DNA from: Lytechinus pictus | Taxonomy: Eukaryota | Direction of reading: 5' to 3' | Length of the DNA: 64,000 nucleotides | Assembly (NCBI RefSeq): GCF_037042905.1 | Contig: NC_087260.1 | Coordinates: 27,714,001 to 27,778,000 of the forward strand | Part shown: one piece after another, positions 50,156 to 62,405 of the stretch | How positions within the stretch are numbered: position 1 is the stretch's first letter | How the letters are laid out: each line of letters begins with the position of its first letter | Notes under the pieces: model-generated | Database searches by the model: none | Told to the model about the DNA's origin: nothing | What the model saw: the letters and a program-made list of their open reading frames with translations, nothing else | Program-made: the position numbers and the translations under genes

Positions 50156-53100
50156 TTTGTAGTAGTAGGCCTAGTGTAGTATAGTATAGTAAAATTGATT
50201 ATTTTGAGAGTAAGATGATAGATAAAATGAAGAAACAGCAGCGTCATGTACTTTTCATAAAGTGATTTATCTCAGATTTTCTTTGAATCCTCCTTATTAT
50301 GCACATCGCTGGGCACATCGCCATAACATTCTTCCACTTTAGTCACTCCTTTTCACATTCGATTCTTATTCACGATTATAGCGCCATCACCAGGTTGACA
50401 ATTGACATGAATGAAACTGTGACGGAACTGACCCAGAGCAACGCTGAACTGAGACAGAAGAACGCAGAACTTCAGACAATGGTGGGTACCTTCGAAAGGT
50501 TCTTTTCCTCGCTCTTGGTTGATAACCCTGATGCCTTTGACCCGACAAGAGGAGTTGTTGAACGAATGGACAGTCTGAATGCTTTCCTCGGGAACAGACA
50601 GGCTATGTTGGCAGGTAAGAGTAAAACGATTGCAGACATTTCTTCCAAACAATGTTAAATGATCCAGTGTGGTCGGTTGTCAAACACATTTACCAACTAC
50701 CGTACAAGAAATAAGCATGGATGATTCCCCCAAATAATTCTTAGATTAGTTTTCGAACTAACCTTTTGATATTAGCCAACTTTTCTTAGGGTAAAGGCGT
50801 AGGGTGAATCTTTAATGACCCCACCTCTTCTGTATTTTGTTCACCCCTCGCCACCCATCCCTGAATGAAAAAAAGTGAACAATTCAAGAAGGGATAGGAA
50901 GAATAGACGTTAAATAGAGCCACAGTGATTTATAGTTACATGTTTGAAGTGTCACAAACCGCGGCTGGAGTAGTCTGTTCTGACTTAATGTAAGTTTTAC
51001 CGTCACGGTGGTTAAATAACTTCGACACAATACAATATAGTTCAAGCAATACATCTCCTTATATGGCAAGTTTTTTGTTTATTTGCAATGACAGTGCTAC
51101 AAAAAAGTCCCAAAGAGTAGCCCTATCTAGTATTAGCTCTAGTTTTAAACGAAATTTGATATCTATTTATACAGGACTGCGACCTGACCCAGAGACAGTT
51201 CCGACCAATGACACCGTTGACCAGGAAGCACTTGGTCGAGTCTTGACACAGCTGTCGGAGGTGAACAGTGGTCTTGAACAGAAGGTTGATAAACTTCAGA
51301 GGAGGGTGGACAACGGGGTTGAAGCAGCAGGAGACAGGGCCCTAACCGGAGGGGCTAATGATATCCTGACTCTAAATCAAGTAAGAAAATCCTCATTTAA
51401 AAAAGTTCAATTCGTTTTAGTAGCTGTGGTATCCTGAGAATTGAAAACCATTTTATTTTGTATAAAACAGAAAAGGCCTGAGATAGTTGATATAAAGGAA
51501 ATATGCAGAAGCTTTTAAGCTCATAAACACACCACCAGAGATAACGAAGAAACATACATGTTGAACATGTCGAATGAACCTTCCGGATATACATTGTAAT
51601 TGTTTCTCAAGAAAACCTTACATGGTGTCCGATCTTTTGAAATATCAGATAGGAATCAAATTACCAAGCTATAAATTAATTATTTATCTCTGATACTGGT
51701 ACACCTGAATGGTGTTACATTCGAAACATATTTAAACTCTACTGGAACAGGACTAAGTCAACATGGAAATATTCAGCACAGGAATGGGCAACCAGTCGTG
51801 GGTAAAGCCATGCGTACCTTCATTCTGGACAGCCTTATGGAAAGACACCTGGGGAGTGTTCCATGAAAGGACTTATCGGTCGTTTTATCCGACAAGTCCC
51901 ATTTTATCCGAAAGTTACCCTAGGAACAGTGCCTGTCAGCCAATCAACATCAAGGGACAAATATCAGATCTGACAACTTGTCGGATAAAAGTGGCGATGA
52001 AACGCCCCCGGACCTGACCTGAATGGATTTCATTCGATTCTAATTAAGGATTCCTCTCATCTATAAATGTCTATCATGGCTACAGGTTGGAGATAAATTA
52101 GTGGCTTTGGAAGCAGCCGTCAGTGCACTTACAGCAACACAACTAGCTAAGGACGATGCTGACCGTCAATCAGGCTCACGGAGTGTGATTTCAGAGAGGG
52201 ACCGAGCTATTCTTGAAGGCGATTTATACGGAACAGCAAGGAGCGTTACTAGTGAGTATAGAATCTCTGAACCTCTCAAGAAATACATAATTTTATACTT
52301 AATATATTCTTTTAACCAAAACCGAAACTCTTGTCCGGTAAATTAAAAAAAGATTGGTAGGCCTTAGTAAAGTAATGATGGGACAACGGAAGTAAATCCA
52401 CTGGTCCGGACCAGAAACCACGTAAGGTAATAGTAATGTTTGGTGAATAAATATGAGGTATAGGACCACCAGCTATGCAGATGACCTGATTCTACAGCAA
52501 TCTACATTCAGTGTAAACATGCTGTTTAAAACTTTAAGCACGTTGTTAAGCCTGTCACTCTAACAACTGTTGTTCAAAATTTCAAACAAGCTGTTTTAAA
52601 CAAGTTATCTAAAGTTTTAAACACGTTGTTTTAAAAGGTTAAACAATTTTTAGAAAGTGAAACAATAGTTAAAAGTTTTAACAACTTGGTGTTAGAGTGA
52701 AGGGCTTAAAAAACATGCTATTTTTGAAATGCGTTGTAGCTTTGTTGTTAACAGATTTTTTTCACTCTCAATCAATATTACCCGATAACGTGTAGGTGTC
52801 CGGAAGTCTGTATTTTCAGTGGCCTTAAATCACTCTGTAATTGGAACTTCTAGCGCCCAGAAAATGCCTTTTAACTTCCCTTATGTCAATAAAGGCGATC
52901 ACTGGAATGCAACTTCCAAAACTTTCGTCTGCGGCATCACCGGTTACTACTACTTTCACTTTTCGTAAGTTTTCATTAATGTATACATGTTTATCTATCA
53001 TTATTTCTTTTAAGTCCATTGAAAAAAATCAAACGTCACCAGCATTTTAAGAAGCACTATCCGTCGACAAAAACATCTGACAAGCAAAAAAGTTTCATCA

Positions 53101-54002
53101 AAATAAAAATTCTGTCATAGGGTACCCTGCCTTATTGAGGTTGAGGCAAGTAGTAGCCTGCCGTCTTAGCCTGGTAGGGATATCAACCTGTAAAGGTTTT
53201 ATTTCACTAAAGAAATGTTTGCTTGTTTGATGTCATGATGAAAAACCTCTATTCTTTTGATATGCTTACTGACGAATATTACATTTGTCATTCGGATTAC
53301 ATATCATGCGGAGTCTGAATACCTAATTCAGTTTAGGATAGAGCACATGTGGTTATAATCGTCAAATCATTTTCAAGTGAAGAAAAAATAATTGAGAAAG
53401 TAAAAAAGATAAAATGACACAAGGAGATGAACGGATGGGTATAAAAAAAATAGTAAAGAAAGAAAGAAAAAAATATTTGTTCGTGTATACTACAACATTA
53501 TGAAGCAAACTGAGGAATTCAAGTTACTTTCGGCCCGCCCTTTCCCCACCTTTTCGGCATCGTCCGTAATTTGAGTCCTTCGTATCCCATCACAATTTCA
53601 TTGACAACACAAACAAAAGTGACAAAGTTACCATGGCTATAAACACGTATGGCCTGGTGTTTACAGTGAAATACAAACTCTTAAACTGCACTTTGAAGTA
53701 TATTAATTTGCTGAAAGCTTTTTCGTTTAGTAGTGATTTTATATTTCGTTCTTTTCCCCAGACTTCGATCGTACGATTCTCACTACATGGGCGTGCACCT
53801 GATGAAGAATAACCAACCAGTCACGGCTGTTTTCACAGAGAAGAGCTCCCGGAATGTGATGGAGAGTCAGGGAGTCGTGCTCCATCTCGACATCGGTGAC
53901 GAGATCTACCTACGTCTCAGTCCGTCTACAGAGTACGCCGTGCATTCCGATACCTACAAGTACTGCACCTTCTCCGGCTTCCTCGTCTATAAAGGTCTCT
54001 GA
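49831..54002 (+). CDS. Secreted C1q-domain-containing protein (signal peptide + coiled coil + C-terminal gC1q), 403 aa
   Basis: Exons 49831-50027, 50382-50614, 51175-51380, 52086-52251, 52796-52964, 53762-54002 (1212 nt, GT-AG, in phase). Hydrophobic N-terminus RRVFLAVLAMSMVIEAFA; heptad-like segments (VTELTQSNAELRQKNAELQ, LSEVNSGLEQKVDKLQRRV); gC1q motifs SVFSVAL, VNKGDHWNATSKTFVCGITGYYYFHFS, VHLMKN, GVVLHLDIGDEIYLRL, CTFSGFLVY. Confidence 0.93.
50071..50190. repeat. (TAG)n microsatellite
   Basis: Directly visible in the intron following the first coding exon of the C1q gene. Confidence 0.9.
51852..52008. mobile_element. Short palindromic MITE
   Basis: GGGAGTGTTCCATGAA..TTTTATCCGACAAGT / ACTTGTCGGATAAAA..ATGAAACGCCCC; relatives near 9915, 14145, 54315 and 54700. 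Confidence 0.6.
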
Positions 54003-55473
54003 AAGACCAAACGCTGCGCGTCTCGGTCACGCCGGCGATACCTACTCCAGCCTCACAAAGATTTACGATTTGATCCGATCAACCACATCTATGGAAAGCC
54101 AGCAACACCAACATCTAAAACGCTTGCTTATTCAAAATGTTGTTCTAGATGATGATGTTGTAAACTCATCGTTGTCTTGACATTTCAGTGTGCTCCTCTT
54201 TGTTTACAAATAGTTGTGCAAATTTCCTGAAGGAAAAACTTATGGAATTGATAAATTTCCACATAGTTCAGGTTGAGTGGATCAATCACAACCCTTTGTT
54301 AGGCGGGTGCATTTCATTGATGTCTCACAAGTTGTCAGATCCGACAAATTTAATTCCTTGATTTTGAATGGCTAAGAAGTAATGCTTTTTTTATATGGTA
54401 ACTGACAGTTACAACAGACTTTGCCAGATAAACAAAATCCCATCCGACAAGTTTTTTCGTGAAACGCTTCCCTGACTACTACTTACATGACTAACATAGC
54501 CTAGCTACCATCGGTCGGTTTGGAGTCGGATTTGTTGGTATGACCGTAAACACCGCTATCGTTTTACCAATTGTCTATTTGATCCGGATGGCCCTTATCC
54601 GAATCCTCAGTGAATTTAAAAATTCGGCAGCCAAATGGTTAATTTTCAAATTTGTAACGCTTGATGGTAACATCGAGGTCGGAAGTGCAACCCAGTGGAG
54701 CGTCTCATCAACATTTTCATCCGACAAGTTGTCAGATCTTACAACTTTCTTTGATTTTGATTGGCTGAGAAGCCCTGTTACTATGATAACTGTCGGATAA
54801 ACAGGACGTGTCGGATAACAAGTCAAACAAAGCCCTCTAGATCCCTGGTTTTGGATTATTGTGTTCAAGAATTTTCTTTATATATTGCAAGTTTGGAAAT
54901 TTGAACACTTGATTTTATATGCGACTGAAACGAAGGATGAAACAAACTTTGGTGGTTCTTTCAGAGTTCACTTTATTACTTTATTTTGTTATAGAGTATG
55001 ATAAAGGCCTTATATTTACAATTTCACTATTTCATTAATATTAGATAAATTTCACCATCGTTCATACATCCTATAGTAATTACGGTAAATCCAATGAATT
55101 ATTATATCTTATGCCATAGATGGGCAAACACATCTGACATGTCTGATCATAAAGGCATTCTAGATAGGATTGCATCAATGTATATAAGGCATGTACTGAT
55201 GGCTTAATTCATGCGGTTTCTTGTAAAAAAATGTTGTATGGCTATATCTTGCTTTATGTCTACATGCCATTCCTAGCATTAATGAATTATAGATATTATT
55301 AAACTCTCTGCATATAAAATGATCTATAGTACAGAATATACGTCAACCTACAGTACATCAATGTCATTTGCGTTTGTCTTCTCGGAACCTCTGAGAGAAA
55401 GAAAGAGAGAGACGGTGAGAGACCGCATCTCATATACAATTATAAATTTATTTTTTTCTTCATAACAGTAATA

Positions 55474-55631
55474 CCTCGGTCACATTTGCTCTACGGCGGC
55501 CGTACGGCGAGTCGAAAACAGCCGTTTTATTCATTTTCATTAAAACCACCTATAATTAGCTGGTACAAAAAATGTTAAAATGACTGTTCTCGACTCGCCG
55601 TACGGCCGCCGTAGAACAAATGTGACCGAGG
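55474..55631. mobile_element. TA-flanked palindromic MITE, second copy in opposite orientation
   Basis: TA|CCTCGGTCACATTTG ... CAAATGTGACCGAGG|TA; same family as 28716. Confidence 0.88.
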
Positions 55632-58454
55632 TATCTGTTAGAGATATAATCTGATCCGTATAAGCCTGTTCACGGTTGTAAACTGCGCACGAGCAGAAAA
55701 AGGTCATTGGAGACAACCATGAAGGTGGCTTTCAAATTCACTGACATAGGCATTTGTGATTTGATGATTATTCATGTATTCTTTTCAAAATATTTATCAC
55801 GTCCAAGCTGAAGAGTAATAAAGAGAGCCTTCATAATCACTGGTATTTGAGAGTAGCCTAAACAATAGTCAAATGTGCCAAAGGCAGACAATAAAACAGA
55901 TTTCCAAACTTTATCCCTGATGTACTATTCTAGTCACCTGGTCTATACAATGCCTTTTGTTCTTAGAATTTGAATACTCTACCGGTAAAGCTTACGCAAC
56001 ATCTACATTCTACATTCTAATGAAAAATCACAAAGGTCATTTGAGAAAAGTTGATCATTAGCTAACCGTGAACTGGCTTATTGTATGATGTATACAGTAT
56101 CCTCTTCAAGAGTATGCACAGTATATCAGTGTCCGGTAACACAAAGATTAACGATCAATCATTGAGCTGATTTACGATTGATCATACACACTAAGCAATA
56201 CAATTAATCGTAGAAATCGGTCTAACGATCAATCGCTAAGCTTCGTGTTACGCACCCGTGATGTGCCTCATATCCTCAGACTTGCTCTGCATTGCCTTTT
56301 TGGTCATACATGTGTATCAGCTCGTTTGTACAAGATATCAATATTTAGAAAGCTTGTATATGATATTATTGATATGAACGGTTTACAGTATATTCTTTTT
56401 TTCATGGTTTTGTAAATGCCATTTTCTAATTTCTCTGTTTATAACAAAAAGTTAAGAATAAAAATGAAATAAAGTTAAATTAAAATAAAAACATATTAAT
56501 GTGTCATTGTGTTCAATAAGACTAGTTTCTTGTCTTCCATTGTGAAATTGAGTCTGTTACGTAAGATCCGATTTACGTCGACATCGTTAAGCAGCAAAAG
56601 ACCCAATGAATACATTCCCAGGCATGATTAATATTCAAGAAAGTGGAAATGTCCAGAAGTTGTACTTTACAAATTTGAATCAGGCTCGTAATATTTAAGA
56701 AGTCTACTAATAGTCGACATCCACCCTGTTAACGTGGTGCCCCTAACTGAAAATAATCTGATTTGATAGTAAAATTAGACAATCGAAGTAACATACCACT
56801 GAAAATATCATCAAAAGAGAACGAGGAATGACACTTTTAGTTATGACATTTTAAGGTTTTCCAATTTGCCGGTGAATTAGTTCTATGCTTGTCGTGAATA
56901 TACAATGAGCGAACTGATGTCACATTCTTTCAAAGACAGGATTTGCTACTGATTTACTTGTTTAAGATCATCGTTGCTGAAACTTATTTGTTACCCGTGA
57001 GACAAGATTTACTCGGGTGATTATGATTCCAAGTAGGAACAAGGAAGTTCGGATATCACGCCATCAGTCAATCCACTGCATACTCACGACAGTTTAACAG
57101 TTTTCCCAAAAAATATTGCTCAACTTTAAAATTCAATACATTCGTCAATTCTATCAGATGTTGATGAATATTTTCTGCGTGTTGCTCGTTGAACTTTTCT
57201 TTATTCATTAGACATCATTCTAGCCTGGATTAACACCAACCAGAATGTTTGGAATCACAAATAAATGACAGTGTTAAGTATTTTGGTCACAATATTGATA
57301 ATTTTAATGAATCATTTACTTTTTACATACCTTAATTACAAATGCATGCAAGTATCGAATCCTAGGCCAACTAAAACATCTAATTATAGTAATTGGATAA
57401 ATCTAAATGAGGGTTCATTGAGCCAATTTTTCAATCTGTGTATGCTACAAAGAAGAAGCCGCAGCCAGACTCGCAGCCTATTACATTAAGGGAATATAAA
57501 TGTTTTGAACAAAAGCCGAAAATATCGAGAACCTCTCAAACGCAAGAATATTGAAATATGATATTTCTTTCATATAAATTGTCAGAGTGAGAAATCGGAT
57601 ACAAATTATGAAAATTGCTACCTTTCTTGCACAGGATATTTGAAAGTGCATATTAGACTTTGCTTAAAATGCGAGAAGTACAAGCGACTTTCTGAAACAA
57701 AAGTATTGCTACTTTTTAATTATTTTTCGTTTCCATCTCTCTGGAGTGACATCAGGTCTTCGCACTTGCCGTACAAATAAGTATTCAATTTTCAAAAACC
57801 TTTTGATTAAAAGAAAGGTCAATTTTACTCTTTTAAAATGGTTAACCCAATTGTCTGGTGGAAACATCGACATGGTTGAAGCAAGTGTTCACAAGATTAA
57901 AGGTTTAATACTGGAAGCACAGTGTATCTTAGACAGAATTATCGTGCTTGCATACACCTATATCATGTATATTGATTTGTACAACATTGGAGGAATGGGA
58001 TTGATCTCGTGAATAAACTGATGTATAGAACATTGTTTCAAAGAGCAAGATAAAGTCGATAATTGCTAACCAATCTAAATCATAGAAGCTTTAACGTATG
58101 GCAATCATAACACATCAAAATTGGATTGGAGTGGAAATGTTTCTTAAGATGATAATGGGGCAAGAGATCGAATTTCGAAGGAAGTGAGTGCCAGAAAAAA
58201 AAAAACAGTCCCAAATCCAAGGATTGTTTTAAGCGTCTCGCGTCACAGAGACGTCATAAACTGTTCCATAATATGGTAAGAATGAGTTCTCACGACATCT
58301 GGCACTTCAGAATTTTGTAGCGATTTGGAATATCAGAAAAGTTTATTAATTTTACACCATAGTGAGGAAGACACTTGGGATAGATATCTGCAATAGGTTT
58401 CGCTTTTATATACCGTTCGACTGACGCCGATTAAGTCTACCATTATTGCAGTAA

Positions 58455-60680
58455 TCATACGTCGCACTCAATATCCACTGCGCTCATTCGGAGAGCACTC
58501 TTATCCGGGCGTCCGTTAGAATGGCTGTAACGTCGTTTCACAATCGAATATTCGGCATGGTCCAATGGGACGATCTCCCCAGGGTTCCTTGTGGACCCGT
58601 GCTGATGCAAGCTCCTCGGCGCACACGACCAGCAGAGTATCCTCTTCAGATGACGGTTAAAATTCGCGTCCGTGAGACCGTATATGAATGGATTGATGAC
58701 GCTCGTCGCGATCACCATCAAGTCCGTGATGTCCATAGCGATTGAGTCACGGATACCGATGGGTTTTCCCTTGTAATTCACGTATGCAATGTAGACATTA
58801 AACCCCCACCAAACGCCCCATGTTAGTGAGAAGAGGAAAACGACGTACGCAACCATGCGGAGTACGCGGATCTTGCGTTTGAATTCCCAGCGCGTAAGGT
58901 GGTTTGATTCGCCGCTAACCTCTTGACCCCTTCGAACAGCGATGATGATGAAGACGTAACAGATGCCGACAGTGGCGAGAGGGAGAACATAAGCAACCGC
59001 TGTATTGACGATAACGACGAGGAGCCAAGATAACGGAGAGTTGGGGGTTTTCATGATCGGGTGCACGATGGGAAGAATGAAGGAGACTGCATGAAAACAG
59101 AGAATAATTATCAATTGTTAAATAGGCAACAGATCGATTAGAACGATCAAAAGGGGCACATTCAAGGTAAGTTTTCCCGTCAGCATCTTTCATTCAAGAG
59201 TAATTTGATTTGTTATGATTGTTGTTGACGAACATCTGACATATATTGTAAAGCTTATTGTATCTGCCAATTAGGTAGGCCTTATTGAATTTTTTGAGCT
59301 ATCATAGGATCCGCCGAGGTGGCATTAATAACTGTTCAAATATGCAGTCTTTGGTTTATCGTGTACATTAATATCCATCAATGATCGGCCATACCAGTTG
59401 CTGATACAGGGGGTAGCCCTATTTACCCGAAGTTGTAAATAACCCTCTTGTCCCTCTCTCACCTTTGTGCAGACATTTTCCGTAATTATTCTCGCTTGTC
59501 ATATTGTTGGGGAGGGGAATTATTTGATAATCGGCGGGGAGGGGGGGGGGGGTATATTTTCTCTCTTTGTTTGCCAACTATTTCTTAGTCATCATAGCCA
59601 TTTATGGCGACAATTAGATCCATTTGGCATTGCGGAAATTTTTTTTCTGTTTTCTTGTCAGATATATTATTTTCCAAAGAAATAAGGAAATGGTTTTTAT
59701 ACTTCCAGATATAATATCCTTTTATCTGATGAAGATCGCTTTTTCGGTTTTGTTTGTCAAAATGTATCTGCCAATCTAATGGTGCAAGCATCCTCTGTAC
59801 ACTTACCTATCCAGATTACAGCCGTTGCAATATGAGCTTTGTAAAAGCTTTTCTTCGAACGCGATTGCAGAGGATGGCCAATGGATTGATAACGATCGAT
59901 AGCTAGCGCCACCAAGAGTCCAGATGTAGCCAATATTGTCACCTGAAAAAAGAAGTTGGATGTAGACAAATACGATTCAATCAATGTTGATTCACGAAAT
60001 GCGTTAATTCTTCCTAAAAATGAACAAAATGCCTTTACGATAAGTTAGGTCACTTCGCTTCCTCGCAACTAATGTTCCCACTCGGATAAATAGATATTGA
60101 TTAAAATAAAGAAGGGAGCTGATATGAGAGGAGGTGAGACATTTCTGTATATTTTATTTTGCAATAATAGTTATCATCAAAAACCTAGTTTTGTTAGGCA
60201 GTCCCAGAACATTGTAAAAATAATTTAGTTTCAGGTTAATGAGGCTTCATAGAAAATTTTCAATAACAACAACGAAACAAGCAAAACAGAACAAACAAAA
60301 ATTTTGCAAGCAACCATTAAACCAACAGAATCAACTTCAACTCAACTTACCGTAAGGGCATAAACGGAGATCAAAGGCATAACTCTCAACTCACTTCCCT
60401 TTCTGATAAATACTCCATGGTCAACGATCACGGCCAGACCGAATGTTGCCAGGAAAATGATGTCCCGTATAGCTAGATTGGCGACGAATATATTACACAC
60501 ACTGTGCATATCCTTCTTGGGTACGATGTAGACGATGAGCGCGTTGCCGACCACGCCTAGTAGGACACATATACATGAAACGACTAGGACGGCGACCTCG
60601 AACTTTTGTATATGGGGGTCGATATCGTAAAGCGTATCATTGCTTGAACATTGGAATATCGTTGCGTGCATACAAGCCAT
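58455..60680 (-). CDS. Class A (rhodopsin-like) GPCR, orphan, 365 aa
   Basis: Exons 60351-60680, 59807-59942, 58455-59086 (1098 nt, GT-AG, in phase). TM1 GVVGNALI, TM2 NLAIRD, TM3 ALAIDRY, TM4 IW, TM5 YVLPL..CY, TM6 FSLTW, TM7 VINPFIYG, helix 8 NFNRHL followed by Cys. Confidence 0.92.
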
Positions 60681-61429
60681 TGTAGATTTTTGAGAATGAT
60701 GTAGACGGTCTTAGAGGAATGTTCTCAACACTTCCAAATCACGGTGATTAAAATCCATCAATATATGATCATGATAAACTTTCATAGAAAAGGAATCTAA
60801 AAAGAGAGTCTTGTTTGCGTCATCCGCTAAATGCAGTGCAATAAGAGAACTACAATCGACCGTAAATGATAAATGAAAGCACTCCAGTCCCAGGATATCA
60901 CTGTTAAATCCAACTAAACTTACGTCAACCAAATATCAAGCACGGATGTCGAAAACTCACTTGTGAGGGTAGGTAGGTAGGTATGTATAAGCCAACAATC
61001 AAACTCGAATCTCGCGACAAAAAAATGCTTTGGGTCTCTTTCGGTAGATCCGTCTTTAAGTTGTTTATTACGCATTTTAATCCAGGCTGTTATCACTTTG
61101 TTTATAGAATACAACATACACATGTATGTCGTGTATGTAATAAACTTTTATATTTATGTTGATAGGAGTCGTTACATGTTGGTGGAGATACGGTACCCTC
61201 ACATTTTCAAAGGTTAGGTATCGATTACTGGTACGAAAAAAAAAAGAGTTCACCTCCGCTTGTATAGATCAAGGATGTGCCTTAAATTTCCTTGTATCAA
61301 TCAGAAAATTATCCATGAATACAAAAATAATATGATTAATTCCAGGAATAAGGAGGAAGAGACCACACCCTTAGAATGCATCACAACAGGAAGTTCATGG
61401 AATTATCTTTACCGTCAAAACTTCCATCA

Positions 61430-61495
61430 GGTGCCGTGGCCGAGTGGTCCAAGGCGCCCGAATACACTATTGAAGTCCAGGGTTCGATTCCAATG
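61430..61495 (+). mobile_element. tRNA-like SINE head, family B
   Basis: TGGCCGAGTGG A box and GGTTCGATTCC B box; similar to the 63752-63846 copy; no intact acceptor stem. Confidence 0.55.
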
Positions 61496-61734
61496 GAAAA
61501 TGTGTTATGCATTATTGAAACCAACTTGTGGAGTTTTTTAAAAGAATCAAAACATTTTGGCGTTTCCTAGGGACAGAGCAGGGGACAATCACACTTTAGT
61601 TTCCTTTTCCTAGGGGGCATGCTTCTCTTTAATGTGAAAATTGAAATATAATGATTTTCAAACGTTTATCCTTTTTCTATGTCAGTATTCCCAACAGTAT
61701 TCTTTTTCCATTCTTAAAATAATCAAATGATACT

Positions 61735-62405
61735 GTTGACGAAGAGAGAAAGATATATTGTTGACGAAGGAAGAGAGAACTATTGTTTGATATGTTTGTA
61801 ATACTGATGACAAACGAAAATTGAAATATCATTGAAAGAATAAATACATTATGCATGTATTCTCTTTTTCTTCGTGAGCAATATTAAAATAATTTTAATG
61901 CCGCCGTCATCTTTTAAACAATGCGTCTTTTCCTTTCGTCACAAACCCATTAAACAATTTTTTTTTCTCTCTCTTCATCATCAATTTTTAATTTTTTTTT
62001 CTCTCCATTCGTCACCAATCTTTTAAATAATTTTTCTCTTTCCCTTCGTCACCAATCTGTAAACAATCTTTCTCTTCGTCACCAATCTTTTGAGCAACAT
62101 TTATCTCTCTGTCCCTTCGTCATCAATCTTTAAACAATATTTTTCTTTCCTTTCGTCTCCAATAATTTAAACATATTCTCTCTCTTCGTCACCAATTTCC
62201 CATTCGTCACCAATCTTATAAACAACATTTTTCTTCCATTTCGTCACCAATCTCTTAAACAATATTTCTCTCTCTCTTCGTCAACAATCTTTTGACCAAC
62301 ATTACTCTCTCTCCCCCTCTTTCTCTCTTTGTCACCTATCTTTTGAACAATATTATCCCCTCTCCCTCTCTTTCTATATTCGTCACCAATCTTTGAAACA
62401 ATATT
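61735..62405. repeat. Degenerate ~35-bp minisatellite (TTCGTCACCAATCTTTTAAACAATATT) with inverted copies at the left
   Basis: Many TTCGTCACCAAT units at 61930-62400; TGTTGACGAAG units at 61735-61770. Confidence 0.75.

Noticed and set aside
58915-59193. ORF MKDADGKTYLECAPF.. as a Cys-containing ECL2 exon of the GPCR
   Set aside because: It is preceded by an in-frame stop with no suitable acceptor and is out of frame with TM5-7; the 59086 acceptor already completes TM4 in phase.
60711-60932. 73-aa ORF upstream of the GPCR as a separate gene or N-terminal extension
   Set aside because: Non-ATG start, it ends in a stop before the GPCR ATG, and it has no recognisable motif.
61430-61495. tRNA gene
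   Set aside because: A and B boxes are present but there is no pairing acceptor stem; it matches the SINE head at 63752-63846. The same applies to the heads at 18105 and 23010.
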